In this document: positions 37,393 through 52,200 of the stretch, in pieces
Position numbering within the stretch: position 1 is the first letter of the stretch
Layout of the letters: every line of letters begins with the position of its first letter
Source of the DNA: the human T2T-CHM13v2.0 reference genome, Homo sapiens
NCBI RefSeq assembly: GCF_009914755.1
Contig: NC_060934.1
DNA: 64,000 bases
Direction: 5' to 3' (one strand)
Translations under genes and position numbers: made by a program
The notes under the pieces: model-generated
Seen by the model: only the letters and a program-made list of their open reading frames with translations
Database searches by the model: none
Told to the model about the DNA's origin: nothing

Positions 37393-40300
37393 GAATTCTC
37401 AGTAAATCCTTTGTGTTGTGTGTATTCAACTCACAGAGTGGAACCTTCCTTTATTCAGAGAAGTTTTGAAAAACACTTTTTGTGGAATTTGCAAGTGGAG
37501 ATTTCAAGCGATTTGACGCCAATCTTAGACATGGAAATATCTTCATATTAAAAGTACACAGAGTCATTCGTAGAAACTAGTTTGTGATGTGTGCCTTCAA
37601 CTCACAGAGTTTAACCTTTCTTTTCATACAGCAGTTGGGAAACACTCTATTTGTAAAGTCTGCAAGTGGATATTTGGACCTCTTTGAGGTCTTCGTTGGA
37701 AACGGGATTTCTTCATATAACGCTAGACAGAAGAATTCTCAGTAACTTCTTTGTGTTGTGTGTATTCAACTCACAGAGTTGAACCTTTCTTTAGAGGGAG
37801 CAGAGGTGAAACACCCTTTTTGTGGAATTTGCTAGTGCAGATTTCAAACGCTTCGAAGACAGTGATAGAAAAGGATATATCTTCGTATTAAAACTAGACA
37901 AAATCATTCTCAGAAAACTCTTTGTGATGTGTGTGTTCAACTCACAGAGTTTAACCTTTCTTTAATCGAGCAGTTTGGAAATACACTCTTTGTAAGTCTG
38001 CAGGTGGATAATTGACCCTCTTTGAGCCCTTCGTTTGAAACGGGATTTCCTCATATAATGCTAGACAGAAGAATTCTCAGTAACTTCTTTGTGTTGTGTG
38101 TATTCAACTCACAGAGTTGAACCTTTCTTTAGAGAGAGCAGAGTTGAAACACTCTGTTTTTGGAATTAGCAAGTGCAGATTTCAAGCGGTTCTAGGCCTA
38201 TGGCAGAAAAGGAAATATCTTCGTATAAAAACTACACAGAATCATTCTCAACAACTACTTTGTGATGTGTGGGTTCAACTCACAAAGTTTAACCTTTCTT
38301 TTCATAGAGCAGTTTGGAAACCCTCTGTTTGTAAAGCCTGCAATTGCTTTTTTGGACTTCATTGAGGCCTTCGTTGGAAAGGGGATTTCTTCATATAATG
38401 CTAGACAGAAGAATTCTCAGTAAATCCTTTGTGTTGTGTGTATTCAACTCACAGAGTGGAACCTTCCTTTATTCAGAGCAGTTTTGAAACACTCTTTTTG
38501 TGGAATTTGCAAGTGGAGATTTCAAGCGATTTGACGCCAATCATAGACATGGAAATATCTTCATATTAAAAGTACACAGAGTCATTCGTAGAAACTAGTT
38601 TGTGATGTGTGCCTTCAACTCACAGAGTTTAACCTTTATTTTCATAGAGCAGTTCGGAAACACTCTATTTGTAAAGTCTGCAAGTGGATATTTGGACCTC
38701 TTTGAGGCCTTCGTTGGAAACGGGATTTCTTCATATAACGCTAGACAGAAGAATTCTCAGTAACTTCTTTGTGTTGTGTGTATTCAACTCACAGAGTTGA
38801 ACCTTTCTTTAGAGAGAGCAGAGTTGAAACACTCTTTTTGTGGAATTTGCTAGTGCAGATTTCAAACGCTTCGACGACAGTGATAGAATAGGATATATCT
38901 TCGTATTAAAACTAGACAAAATCATTCTCAGAAAACACTTTGTGATGTGTGTGTTCAACGCACAGTGTTTAACCTTTCTTTAATCGAGCAGTTTGGAAAT
39001 ACACTCTTTGTAAGTCTGCAGGTGGATAATTGGCCCTCTTTGAGCCCTTCGTTGGAAACGGGATTTCCTCATATAATGTTAGACAGAAGAATTCTCAGTA
39101 ACTTCTTTGTGTTGTTTGTATTCAACTCACAGATTTGAACCTTCCTTTAGAGAGAGCAGATTTGAAACACTGTGTTTTTGGAATTTGCAAGTGCAGATTT
39201 CAAGCGCTTCTAGGCCTATGGCAGAAAAGGAAATATCTTCGTATAAAAACTACACAGAATCATTCTGAACAACTACTTTGTGATGTGTGCGTTCAACTCA
39301 CAGAGTTTAACCTTTCTTTTCATAGAGCAGTTTGGAAACACTCTGTTTGTAAAGCCTGCAAGTGCTTTTTTGGACTTCATTGAGGCCTTCGTTGGAAACG
39401 GGATTTCTTCATATAACGCTAGACAGAAGAATTCTCAGTCACTTCTTTGTGTTGTGTGTATTCAAGTCACAGAGTTGAACCTTCCTTTAGACAGAGCAGT
39501 TTTGAAAAATTCTTTCTGTGGACTTTGCAAGTGGAGATTTCAAGCGATTTGAGGCTAATCTTTGAAATGGAAATATCTTCGTGTAAAAACTACACAGAAT
39601 CATTCTCAGAAACTGCTTTGTCATCTGTGCGTTCAGTTCACAGAGTTTCACCTTTCTCTTCATAGAGCAGTTTGGAAAGACTCTGTCTGTTAAGTCTGCA
39701 AGTGATTAGTTAGACCCCTTTGAGGGCTTCGTTGGAAGCGGGATTTCTCATTCACTGCTAGACAGAAGAATTCTCAGTAAATCCTTTGTGTTGTGTGTAT
39801 TGACGTCACAGAGTGGAACCTTCCTTTATTCAGAGCAGTTTTGAAAAACACTTTTTGTGGAATTTGCAAGTGGAGATTTCAAGCGATTTGACGCCAATCT
39901 TAGACATGGAAATATCTTCATATTAAAAGTACACAGGGTCATTCGTAGAAACTAGTTTGTGATGTGTGCCTTCAACTCACAGAGCTTAACGTTTCTTTTC
40001 ATAGAGTAGTTTGGAAACACTCTATTTGTAAAGTCTGCAAGTGGATATTTGGACCTCTTTGAGGCCTTCGTTGGAAACGGGATTTCTTCATACAACGCTA
40101 GACAGAAGAATTCTCAGTAACTTCTTTGTGTTGTGTGTATTCAACTCACAGAGTTGAACCTTTCTTTAGAGAGAGCAGAGTTGAAACACTCTGTTTTTGG
40201 AATTTGCAAGTGCAGATTTCAAGCGATTCTAGGCCTATGGCAGAAAAGGAAATATCTTCTTATAAAAACTACACAGAATCATTCTGAACAACTACTTTGT

Positions 40301-42990
40301 GATGTGTGCGTTTAACTCACAGAGTTTAACCTTTCTTTTCATAGAGCAGTTTGGAAACACTCTGTTTGTAAAGCCTGCAAGTGCTTTTTTGGACTTCATT
40401 GAGGCCTTCGTTGGAAAGGGGATTTCTTCATATGATGCTAGACAGAAGAATTCTCAGTCAGTTCTTTGTGTTGTGTGTATTCAAGTCACAGAGGTGAACC
40501 TTCCTTTAGACAGAGCAGTTTTGAAAAATTCTTTCTGTGGAATTTGCAAGTGGAGATTTCAAGCGATTTGAGGCTAATCTTTGAAATGGAAATATCTTCG
40601 TGTAAAAACTACACAGAATCATTTTCAGAAACTGCTTTGTCATCTGTGCGTTCAGTTCACAGAGTTTCACCTTTCTCTTCATAGAGCAGTTTGGAAAGAC
40701 TCTGTCTGTAAAGTCTGCAAGTGATTAGTTAGACCCCTTTGAGGCCTTCGTTGGAAGCGGGATTTCTCATTTACTGCTAGACAGAAGAATTCTCAGTAAA
40801 TCCTTTGTGTTGTGTGTATTCAACTCACAGAGTGGAACCTTCCTTTATTCAGAGAAGTTTTGAAAAACACTTTTTGTGGAATTTGCAAGTGGAGATTTCA
40901 AGCGATTTGACGCCAATCTTAGACATGGAAATATCTTCATATTAAAAGTACACAGAGTCATTCGTAGAAACTAGTTTGTGATGTGTGCCTTCAACTCACA
41001 GAGTTTAACCTTTCTTTTCATACAGCAGTTGGGAAACACTCTATTTGTAAAGTCTGCAAGTGGATATTTGGACCTCTTTGAGGTCTTCGTTGGAAACGGG
41101 ATTTCTTCATATAACGCTAGACAGAAGAATTCTCAGTAACTTCTTTGTGTTGTGTGTATTCAACTCACAGAGTTGAACCTTTCTTTAGAGGGAGCAGAGG
41201 TGAAACACCCTTTTTGTGGAATTTGCTAGTGCAGATTTCAAACGCTTCGAAGACAGTGATAGAAAAGGATATATCTTCGTATTAAAACTAGACAAAATCA
41301 TTCTCAGAAAACTCTTTGTGATGTGTGTGTTCAACTCACAGAGTTTAACCTTTCTTTAATCGAGCAGTTTGGAAATACACTCTTTGTAAGTCTGCAGGTG
41401 GATAATTGACCCTCTTTGAGCCCTTCGTTTGAAACGGGATTTCCTCATATAATGCTAGACAGAAGAATTCTCAGTAACTTCTTTGTGTTGTGTGTATTCA
41501 ACTCACAGAGTTGAACCTTTCTTTAGAGAGAGCAGAGTTGAAACACTCTGTTTTTGGAATTAGCAAGTGCAGATTTCAAGCGGTTCTAGGCCTATGGCAG
41601 AAAAGGAAATATCTTCGTATAAAAGCTACACAGAATCATTCTCAACAACTACTTTGTGATGTGTGGGTTCAACTCACAAAGTTTAACCTTTCTTTTCATA
41701 GAGCAGTTTGGAAACCCTCTGTTTGTAAAGCCTGCAATTGCTTTTTTGGACTTCATTGAGGCCTTCGTTGGAAAGGGGATTTCTTCATATAATGCTAGAC
41801 AGAAGAATTCTCAGTAAATCCTTTGTGTTGTGTGTATTCAACTCACAGAGTGGAACCTTCCTTTATTCAGAGCAGTTTTGAAACACTCTTTTTGTGGAAT
41901 TTGCAAGTGGAGATTTCAAGCGATTTGACGCCAATCATAGACATGGAAATATCTTCATATTAAAAGTACACAGAGTCATTCGTAGAAACTAGTTTGTGAT
42001 GTGTGCCTTCAACTCACAGAGTTTAACCTTTATTTTCATAGAGCAGTTCGGAAACACTCTATTTGTAAAGTCTGCAAGTGGATATTTGGACCTCTTTGAG
42101 GCCTTCGTTGGAAACGGGATTTCTTCATATAACGCTAGACAGAAGAATTCTCAGTAACTTCTTTGTGTTGTGTGTATTCAACTCACAGAGTTGAACCTTT
42201 CTTTAGAGAGAGCAGAGTTGAAACACTCTTTTTGTGGAATTTGCTAGTGCAGATTTCAAACGCTTCGAAGACAGTGATAGAATAGGATATATCTTCGTAT
42301 TAAAACTAGACAAAATCATTCTCAGAAAACACTTTGTGATGTGTGTGTTCAACGCACAGTGTTTAACCTTTCTTTAATCGAGCAGTTTGGAAATACACTC
42401 TTTGTAAGTCTGCAGGTGGATAATTGGCCCTCTTTGAGCCCTTCGTTGGAAACGGGATTTCCTCATATAATGTTAGACAGAAGAATTCTCAGTAACTTCT
42501 TTGTGTTGTTTGTATTCAACTCACAGATTTGAACCTTCCTTTAGAGAGAGCAGATTTGAAACACTGTGTTTTTGGAATTTGCAAGTGCAGATTTCAAGCG
42601 CTTCTAGGCCTATGGCAGAAAAGGAAATATCTTCGTATAAAAACTACACAGAATCATTCTGAACAACTACTTTGTGATGTGTGCGTTCAACTCACAGAGT
42701 TTAACCTTTCTTTTCATAGAGCAGTTTAGAAACACTCTGTTTGTAAAGCCTGCAAGTGCTTTTTTGGACTTCATTGAGGCCTTCGTTGGAAACGGGATTT
42801 CTTCATATAACGCTAGACAGAAGAATTCTCAGTCACTTCTTTGTGTTGTGTGTATTCAAGTCACAGAGTTGAACCTTCCTTTAGACAGAGCAGTTTTGAA
42901 AAATTCTTTCTGTGGACTTTGCAAGTGGAGATTTCAAGCGATTTGAGGCTAATCTTTGAAATGGAAATATCTTCGTGTAAAAACTACACA
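37110..42990 (+). repeat. Duplication of a ~2.5 kb D-A-B-E-A-B-C-D block at offset 3394 bp (about 37110-39595 and 40500-42990)
   Basis: ORF pairs 38096/41490, 38947/42341, 39135/42529 and 39447/42841. Shared variants: CATACAGC, GGAATTAGC, AAGCGGTTC, CAACGCACAGTG, GGACTTTGC. Confidence 0.88.
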
Positions 42991-43161
42991 GAAGCATTCT
43001 CAGAAACTGCTTTGTCATCTGTGCGTTCAGTTCACAGAGTTTCACCTTTCTCTTCATAGAGCAGTTTGGAAAGACTCTGTCTGTAAAGTCTGCAAGTGAT
43101 TAGTTAGACCCCTTTGAGGCCTTCGTTGGAAGCGGGATTTCTCATTTACTGCTAGACAGAA

Positions 43162-46100
43162 GAATTCTCAGTAAATCCTTTGTGTTGTGTGTATTCAACT
43201 CACAGAGTGGAACCTTCCTTTATTCAGAGCAGTTTTGAAAAACACTTTTTGTGGAATTTGCAAGTGGAGATTTCAAGCGATTTGACGCCAATATTAGACA
43301 TGGAAATATCTTCATATTAAAAGTACACAGAGTCATCCGTAGAAACTAGTTTGTGATGTGTGCCTTCAACTCACAGAGTTTAACCTTTCTTTTCATAGAG
43401 CAGTTTGGAAACACTCTATTTGTAAAATCTGCAAGTGGATATTTGGTCCTCTTTGAGGCCTTCGTTGGAAACGGGATTTCTTCATACAACGCTAGACAGA
43501 AGAATTCTCAGTAACTTCTTTGTGTTGTGTGTATTCAACTCACAGAGTTGAACCTTTCTTTAGAGAGAGCAGAGTTGAAACACTCTGTTTTTGGAATTTG
43601 CAAGTGCAGAATTCAAGCGCTTCTAGGCCTATGGCAGAAAAGGAAATATCTTCGTATAAAAACTACACAGAATCATTCTCAACAACTACTTTGTGATGTG
43701 TGCGTTCAACTCACATAGTATAACCTTTCTTTTCATAGAGCAGTTTGGAAACACTCTGTTTGTAAAGCCTGCAAGTGCTTTTTTGGACTTCATTGAGGCC
43801 TTCGTTGGAAACGGGATTTCTTCATATAATGCTAGACAGAAGAATTCTCAGTCACTTCTTTGTGTTGTGTGTATTCAAGTCACAGAGTTGAACCTTCCTT
43901 TAGACAGAGCAGTTTTGAAAAATTCTTTCTGTGGAGTTTGCAAGTGGAGATTTCAAGCGATTTGAGGCTAATCTTTGAAATGGAAATATCTTCGTGTAAA
44001 AACTACACAGAACCATTCTCAGAAACTGCTTTGTCATCTGTGCGTTCAGTTCACAGAGTTTCACCTTTCTCTTCATAGAGCAGTTTGGAAAGACTCTGTC
44101 TGTAAAGTCTGCAAGTGATTAGTTAGACCCCTTTGAGGCCTTCGTTGGAAGCGGGATTTCTCATTTACTGCTAGACAGAAGAATTCTCAGTAAATCCTTT
44201 GTGTTGTGTGTATTCAACTCACAGAGTGGAACCTTCCTTTATTCAGATCAGTTTTGAAAAACACTTTTTGTGGAATTTGCAAGTGGAGATTTCAAGCGAT
44301 TTGACACCAATCTTAGACATGGAAATATCTTCATATTAAAAGTACACAGAGTTATTCGTAGAAACTAGTTTGTGATGTGTGCCTTCAACTCACAGAGTTT
44401 AACCTTTCTTTTCATAGAGCAGTTTGGAAACACTCTATTTGTAAAATCTGCAGGTGGATATTTGGACCTCTTTGAGGCCTTCGTTGGAAACGGGATTTCT
44501 TCATACAACGCTAGACAGAAGAATTCTCAGTAACTTCTTTGTGTTGTGTGTATTCAACTCACAGAGTTGAACCTTTCTTTAGAGAGAGCAGAGTTGAAAC
44601 ACTCTGTTTTTGGAATTTGCAAGTGCAGATTTCAAGCGCTTCTAGGCCTATGGCAGAAAAGGAAATATCTTCGTATAAAAACTACACAGAATCATTCTCA
44701 ACAACTACTTTGTGATGTGTGCGTTCAACTCACAGAGTTTAACCTTTCTTTTCATAGAGCAGTTTGGAAACACGCTGTTTGTAAAGCCTGCAAGTGCTTT
44801 TTTGGACTTCATTGAGGCCTTCGTTGGAAACGGGATTTCTTCATATAATGCTAGACAGAAGAATTCTCAGTCACTTCTTTGTGTTGTGTGTATTCAAGTC
44901 ACAGAGTTGAAACTTCCTTTAGACAGCGCAGTTTTGAAAAATTCTTTCGGTGGAGTTTGCAAGTGGAGATTTCAAGCGATTTGAGGCTAATCTTTGAAAT
45001 GGAAATATCTTCGTGTAAAAACTACACAGAAGCATTCTCAGAAATTACTTTGTCATCTGTGCGTTCAGTTCACAGAGTTTCACCTTTCTCTTCATAGAGC
45101 AGTTTGGAAAGACTCTGTCTGTAAAGTCTGCAAGTGATTAGTTAGACCCCTATGAGGCCTTCGTTGGAAGCGGGATTTCTCATTTACTGCTAGACAGAGG
45201 AATTCTCAGTAAATCCTTTGTGTTGTGTGTATTCAACTCACAGAGTGGAACCTTCCTTTATTCAGAGCAGTTTTGAAAAACACTTTTTGTGGAATTTGCA
45301 AGTGGAGATTTCAAGCGATTTGACGCCAATCTTAGACATGGAAATATCTTCATATTAAAAGTACACAGAGTCATCCGTAGAAACTAGTTTGTGATGTGTG
45401 CCTTCAACTCACAGAGTTTAACCTTTCTTTTCATAGAGCACTTTGGAAACACTCTATTTGTAAAGTCTGCAAGTGGATATTTGAACCTCTTTGAGGCCTT
45501 CGTTGGAAACGGGATTTCTTCATACAACGCTAGACAGAAGAATTCTCAGTAACTTCTTTGTGTTGTGTGTATTCAACTCACAGAGTTGAACCTTTCTTTA
45601 GAGAGAGCAGAGTTGAAACACTCTGTTTTTGGAATTTGCAAGTGCAGATTTCAAGCGCTTCTAGGCCTATGGCTGAAAAGGAAATATCTTCGTATAAAAA
45701 CTACACAGAATCATTCTCAACAACTACTTTGTGATGTGTGCGTTCAACTCACAGAGTTTAACCTTCCTTTTCATAGAGCAGTTTAGAAACACTCTGTTTG
45801 TAAAGCCTGCAAGTGCTTTTTTGGACTTCATTGAGGCCTTCGTTGGAAACGGGATTTCTTCATATAATGCTAGACAGAAGAATTCTCAGTCACTTCTTTG
45901 TGTTGTGTGTATTCAAGTCACAGAGTTGAACCTTCCTTTAGACAGAGCAGTTTTGAAAAATTCTTTCTGTGGAATTTGCAAGTGGAGATTTCAAGTGATT
46001 TGAGGCTAATCTTTGAAATGGAAATATCTTCGTGTAAAAACTACACAGAACCATTCTCAGAAACTGCTTTGTCATCTGTGCGTTCAGTTCACAGAGTTTC

Positions 46101-46218
46101 ACCTTTCTCTTCATAGAGCAGTTTGGAAAGACTCTGTCTGTAAAGTCTGCAAGTGATTAGTTAGACCCCTTTGAGGCCTTCGTTGGAAGCGGGATTTCTC
46201 ATTTACTGCTAGACAGAA
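43162..46218 (+). repeat. Second run of three 6-mer HORs (A-E-D, 1019 bp)
   Basis: ORFs at 43527/44546/45565 (spacing 1019). The run length is 3057 = 3 x 1019. Confidence 0.92.
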
Positions 46219-49200
46219 GAATTCTCAGTAAATCCTTTGTGTTGTGTGTATTCAACTCACAGAGTGGAACCTTCCTTTATTCAGAGCAGTTTTGAAAAAC
46301 ACTTTTTGTGGAATATGCAAGTGGAGATTTCAAGCGATTTGACGCCAATCTTAGACATGGAAATATCTTCATATTAAAAGTACACAGAGTCATTCGTAGA
46401 AACTAGTTTGTGATGTGTGCCTTCAACTCACAGAGTTTAACCTTTCTTTTCATAGAGCAGTTGGGAAACACTCTATTTGTAAAGTCTGCAAGTGGATATT
46501 TGGACCTCTTTGAGGCCTTCGTTGGAAACGGGATTTCTTCATATAACGCTAGACAGAAGAATTCTCAGTAACTTCTTTGTGTTGTGTGTATTCAACTCAC
46601 AGAGTTGAACCTTTCTTTAGAGGGAGCAGAGGTGAAACACTCTTTTTGTGGAATTTGCTAGTGCAGATTTCAAACGCTTCGAAGACAGTGATAGAAAAGG
46701 ATATATCTTCGTATTAAAACTAGACAAAATCATTCTCAGAAAACTCTTTGTGATGTGTGTGTTCAACTCACAGAGTTTAACCTTTCTTTAATCGAGCAGT
46801 TTGGAAATACACTCTTTGTAAGTCTGCAGGTGGATATTTGGCCCTCTTTGAGCCCTTCGTTGGAAACGGGATTTCCTCATATAATGCTAGACAGAAGAAT
46901 TCTCAGTAACTTCTTTGTGTTGTTTGTATTCAACACACAGATTTGAACCTTCCTTTAGAGAGAGCAGATTTGAAACACTGTGTTTTTGGAATTTGCAAGT
47001 GCAGATTTCAAGCGCCTCTAGGCCTATGGCAGAAAAGGAAATATCTTCGTATAAAAACTACACAGAATCATTCTCAACAACTACTTTGTGATGTGTGCGT
47101 TCAACTCACAGAGTTTAACCTTTCTTTTCATAGAGCAGTTTGGAAACACTCTGTTTTTAAAGCCTGCAAGTGCTTTTTTGGACTTCATTGAGGCCTTCGT
47201 TGGAAACGGGATTTCTTCATACAACGCTAGACAGAAGAATTCTCAGTAACTTCTTTGTGTTGTGTGTATTCAACTCACAGAGTTGAACCTTTCTTTAGAG
47301 AGAGCAGAGTTGAAACACTCTGTTTTTGGAATTTGCAAGTGCAGATTTCTAGCGATTCTAGGCCTATGGCAGAAAAGGAAATATCTTCGTATAAAAACTA
47401 CACAGAATCATTCTCAACAACTACTTTGTGATGTGTGCATTCAACTCACAAAGTTTAACCTTTCTTTTCATAGAGCAGTTTGGAAACACTCTGTTTGTAA
47501 AGCCTGCAATTGCTTTTTTGGACTTCATTGAGGCCTTCGTTCGAAAGGGGATTTCTTCATATAATGCTAGACAGAAGAATTCTCAGTAAATCCTTTGTGT
47601 TGTGTGTATTCAACTCACAGAGTGGAACCTTCCTTTATTCAGAGCAGTTTTGAAACACTCTTTTTGTGGAATTTGCAAGTGGAGATTTCAAGCGATTTGA
47701 CGCCAATCATAGACATGGAAATATCTTCATATTAAAAGTACACAGAGTCATTCGTAGAAACTAGTTTGTGATGTGTGCCTTCAACTTACAGAGTTTAACC
47801 TTTCTTTTCATAGAGCAGTTGGGAAACACTCTATTTGTAAAGTCTGCAAGTGGATATTTGGACCTCTTTGAGGCCTTCGTTGGAAACGGGATTTCTTCAT
47901 ATAACGCTAGACAGAAGAATTCTCAGTAACTTCTTTGTGTTGTGTGTATTCAACTCACAGAGTTGAACCTTTCTTTAGAGGGAGCAGAGGTGAAACACTC
48001 TTTTTGTGGAATTTGCTAGTGCAGATTTCAAACGCTTCGAAGACAGTGATAGAAAAGGATATATCTTCGTATTAAAACTAGACAAAATCATTCTCAGAAA
48101 ACACTTTCTGATGTGTGTGTTCAACTCACAGAGTTTAACCTTTCTTTAATCGAGCAGTTTGGAAATACACTCTTTGTAAGTCTGCAGGTGGATAATTGGC
48201 CCTCTTTGAGCCCTTCGTTGGAAACGGGATTTCCTCATATAATTCTAGACAGAAGAATTCTCAGTAACTTCTTTGTGTTGTTTGTATTCAACTCACAGAT
48301 TTGAACCTTCCTTTAGAGAGAGCAGATTTGAAACACTCTGTTTTTGGAATTTGCAAGTGCAGATTTCAAGCGCTTCTAGGCCTATGGCAGAAAAGGAAAT
48401 ATCTTCGTATAAAAACTACACAGAATCATTCTCAACAACTACTTTGTGATGTGTGCGTTCAACTCACAGAGTTTAACCTTTCTTTTCATAGAGCAGTTTG
48501 GAAACATTCTGTTTGTAAAGCCTGCAAGTGCTTTTTTGGACTTCATTGAGGCCTTAGTTGGAAACGGGATTTCTTCATATAATGCTAGACAGAAGAATTC
48601 TCAGTCACTTCTTTGTGTTGTGTGTATTCAAGTCACAGAGTTGAACCTTCCTTTAGACAGAGCAGTTTTGAAAAATTCTTTCTGTGGAATTTGCAAGTGG
48701 AGATTTCAAGTGATTTGAGGCTAATCTTTGAAATGGAAATATCTTCGTGTAAAAACTACACAGAACCATTCTCAGAAACTGCTTTGTCATCTGTGCGTTC
48801 AGTTCACAGAGTTTCACCTTTCTCTTCATAGAGCAGTTTGGAAAGACTCTGTCTGTAAAGTCTGCAAGTGATTAGTTAGACCCCTTTGAGGCCTTCGTTG
48901 GAAGCGGGATTTCTCATTTACTGCTAGACAGAAGAATTCTCAGTAAATCCTTTGTGTTGTGTGTATTCAACTCACAGAGTGGAACCTTCCTTTATTCAGA
49001 GCAGTTTTGAAAAACACTTTTTGTGGAATATGCAAGTGGAGATTTCAAGCGATTTGACGCCAATCTTAGACATGGAAATATCTTCATATTAAAAGTACAC
49101 AGAGTCATTCGTAGAAACTAGTTTGTGATGTGTGCCTTCAACTCACAGAGTTTAACCTTTCTTTTCATAGAGCAGTTGGGAAACACTCTATTTGTAAAGT

Positions 49201-52200
49201 CTGCAAGTGGATATTTGGACCTCTTTGAGGCCTTCGTTGGAAACGGGATTTCTTCATATAACGCTAGACAGAAGAATTCTCAGTAACTTCTTTGTGTTGT
49301 GTGTATTCAACTCACAGAGTTGAACCTTTCTTTAGAGGGAGCAGAGGTGAAACACTCTTTTTGTGGAATTTGCTAGTGCAGATTTCAAACGCTTCGAAGA
49401 CAGTGATAGAAAAGGATATATCTTCGTATTAAAACTAGACAAAATCATTCTCAGAAAACTCTTTGTGATGTGTGTGTTCAACTCACAGAGTTTAACCTTT
49501 CTTTAATCGAGCAGTTTGGAAATACACTCTTTGTAAGTCTGCAGGTGGATATTTGGCCCTCTTTGAGCCCTTCGTTGGAAACGGGATTTCCTCATATAAT
49601 GCTAGACAGAAGAATTCTCAGTAACTTCTTTGTGTTGTTTGTATTCAACACACAGATTTGAACCTTCCTTTAGAGAGAGCAGATTTGAAACACTGTGTTT
49701 TTGGAATTTGCAAGTGCAGATTTCAAGCGCCTCTAGGCCTATGGCAGAAAAGGAAATATCTTCGTATAAAAACTACACAGAATCATTCTCAACAACTACT
49801 TTGTGATGTGTGCGTTCAACTCACAGAGTTTAACCTTTCTTTTCATAGAGCAGTTTGGAAACACTCTGTTTTTAAAGCCTGCAAGTGCTTTTTTGGACTT
49901 CATTGAGGCCTTCGTTGGAAACGGGATTTCTTCATACAACGCTAGACAGAAGAATTCTCAGTAACTTCTTTGTGTTGTGTGTATTCAACTCACAGAGTTG
50001 AACCTTTCTTTAGAGAGAGCAGAGTTGAAACACTCTGTTTTTGGAATTTGCAAGTGCAGATTTCTAGCGATTCTAGGCCTATGGCAGAAAAGGAAATATC
50101 TTCGTATAAAAACTACACAGAATCATTCTCAACAACTACTTTGTGATGTGTGCATTCAACTCACAAAGTTTAACCTTTCTTTTCATAGAGCAGTTTGGAA
50201 ACACTCTGTTTGTAAAGCCTGCAATTGCTTTTTTGGACTTCATTGAGGCCTTCGTTCGAAAGGGGATTTCTTCATATAATGCTAGACAGAAGAATTCTCA
50301 GTAAATCCTTTGTGTTGTGTGTATTCAACTCACAGAGTGGAACCTTCCTTTATTCAGAGCAGTTTTGAAACACTCTTTTTGTGGAATTTGCAAGTGGAGA
50401 TTTCAAGCGATTTGACGCCAATCATAGACATGGAAATATCTTCATATTAAAAGTACACAGAGTCATTCGTAGAAACTAGTTTGTGATGTGTGCCTTCAAC
50501 TTACAGAGTTTAACCTTTCTTTTCATAGAGCAGTTGGGAAACACTCTATTTGTAAAGTCTGCAAGTGGATATTTGGACCTCTTTGAGGCCTTCGTTGGAA
50601 ACGGGATTTCTTCATATAACGCTAGACAGAAGAATTCTCAGTAACTTCTTTGTGTTGTGTGTATTCAACTCACAGAGTTGAACCTTTCTTTAGAGGGAGC
50701 AGAGGTGAAACACTCTTTTTGTGGAATTTGCTAGTGCAGATTTCAAACGCTTCGAAGACAGTGATAGAAAAGGATATATCTTCGTATTAAAACTAGACAA
50801 AATCATTCTCAGAAAACACTTTCTGATGTGTGTGTTCAACTCACAGAGTTTAACCTTTCTTTAATCGAGCAGTTTGGAAATACACTCTTTGTAAGTCTGC
50901 AGGTGGATAATTGGCCCTCTTTGAGCCCTTCGTTGGAAACGGGATTTCCTCATATAATTCTAGACAGAAGAATTCTCAGTAACTTCTTTGTGTTGTTTGT
51001 ATTCAACTCACAGATTTGAACCTTCCTTTAGAGAGAGCAGATTTGAAACACTCTGTTTTTGGAATTTGCAAGTGCAGATTTCAAGCGCTTCTAGGCCTAT
51101 GGCAGAAAAGGAAATATCTTCGTATAAAAACTACACAGAATCATTCTCAACAACTACTTTGTGATGTGTGCGTTCAACTCACAGAGTTTAACCTTTCTTT
51201 TCATAGAGCAGTTTGGAAACATTCTGTTTGTAAAGCCTGCAAGTGCTTTTTTGGACTTCATTGAGGCCTTAGTTGGAAACGGGATTTCTTCATATAATGC
51301 TAGACAGAAGAATTCTCAGTCACTTCTTTGTGTTGTGTGTATTCAAGTCACAGAGTTGAACCTTCCTTTAGACAGAGCAGTTTTGAAAAATTCTTTCTGT
51401 GGAATTTGCAAGTGGAGATTTCAAGTGATTTGAGGCTAATCTTTGAAATGGAAATATCTTCGTGTAAAAACTACACAGAACCATTCTCAGAAACTGCTTT
51501 GTCATCTGTGCGTTCAGTTCACAGAGTTTCACCTTTCTCTTCATAGAGCAGTTTGGAAAGACTCTGTCTGTAAAGTCTGCAAGTGATTAGTTAGACCCCT
51601 TTGAGGCCTTCGTTGGAAGCGGGATTTCTCATTTACTGCTAGACAGAAGAATTCTCAGTAAATCCTTTGTGTTGTGTGTATTCAACTCACAGAGTGGAAC
51701 CTTCCTTTATTCAGAGCAGTTTTGAAAAACACTTTTTGTGGAATATGCAAGTGGAGATTTCAAGCGATTTGACGCCAATCTTAGACATGGAAATATCTTC
51801 ATATTAAAAGTACACAGAGTCATTCGTAGAAACTAGTTTGTGATGTGTGCCTTCAACTCACAGAGTTTAACCTTTCTTTTCATAGAGCAGTTGGGAAACA
51901 CTCTATTTGTAAAGTCTGCAAGTGGATATTTGGACCTCTTTGAGGCCTTCGTTGGAAACGGGATTTCTTCATATAACGCTAGACAGAAGAATTCTCAGTA
52001 ACTTCTTTGTGTTGTGTGTATTCAACTCACAGAGTTGAACCTTTCTTTAGAGGGAGCAGAGGTGAAACACTCTTTTTGTGGAATTTGCTAGTGCAGATTT
52101 CAAACGCTTCGAAGACAGTGATAGAAAAGGATATATCTTCGTATTAAAACTAGACAAAATCATTCTCAGAAAACTCTTTGTGATGTGTGTGTTCAACTCA

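Noticed and set aside
39798-39810. CRE-like palindrome TGACGTCA created in one A dimer
   Set aside because: A single chance occurrence from point substitutions, with no evidence of regulatory function.
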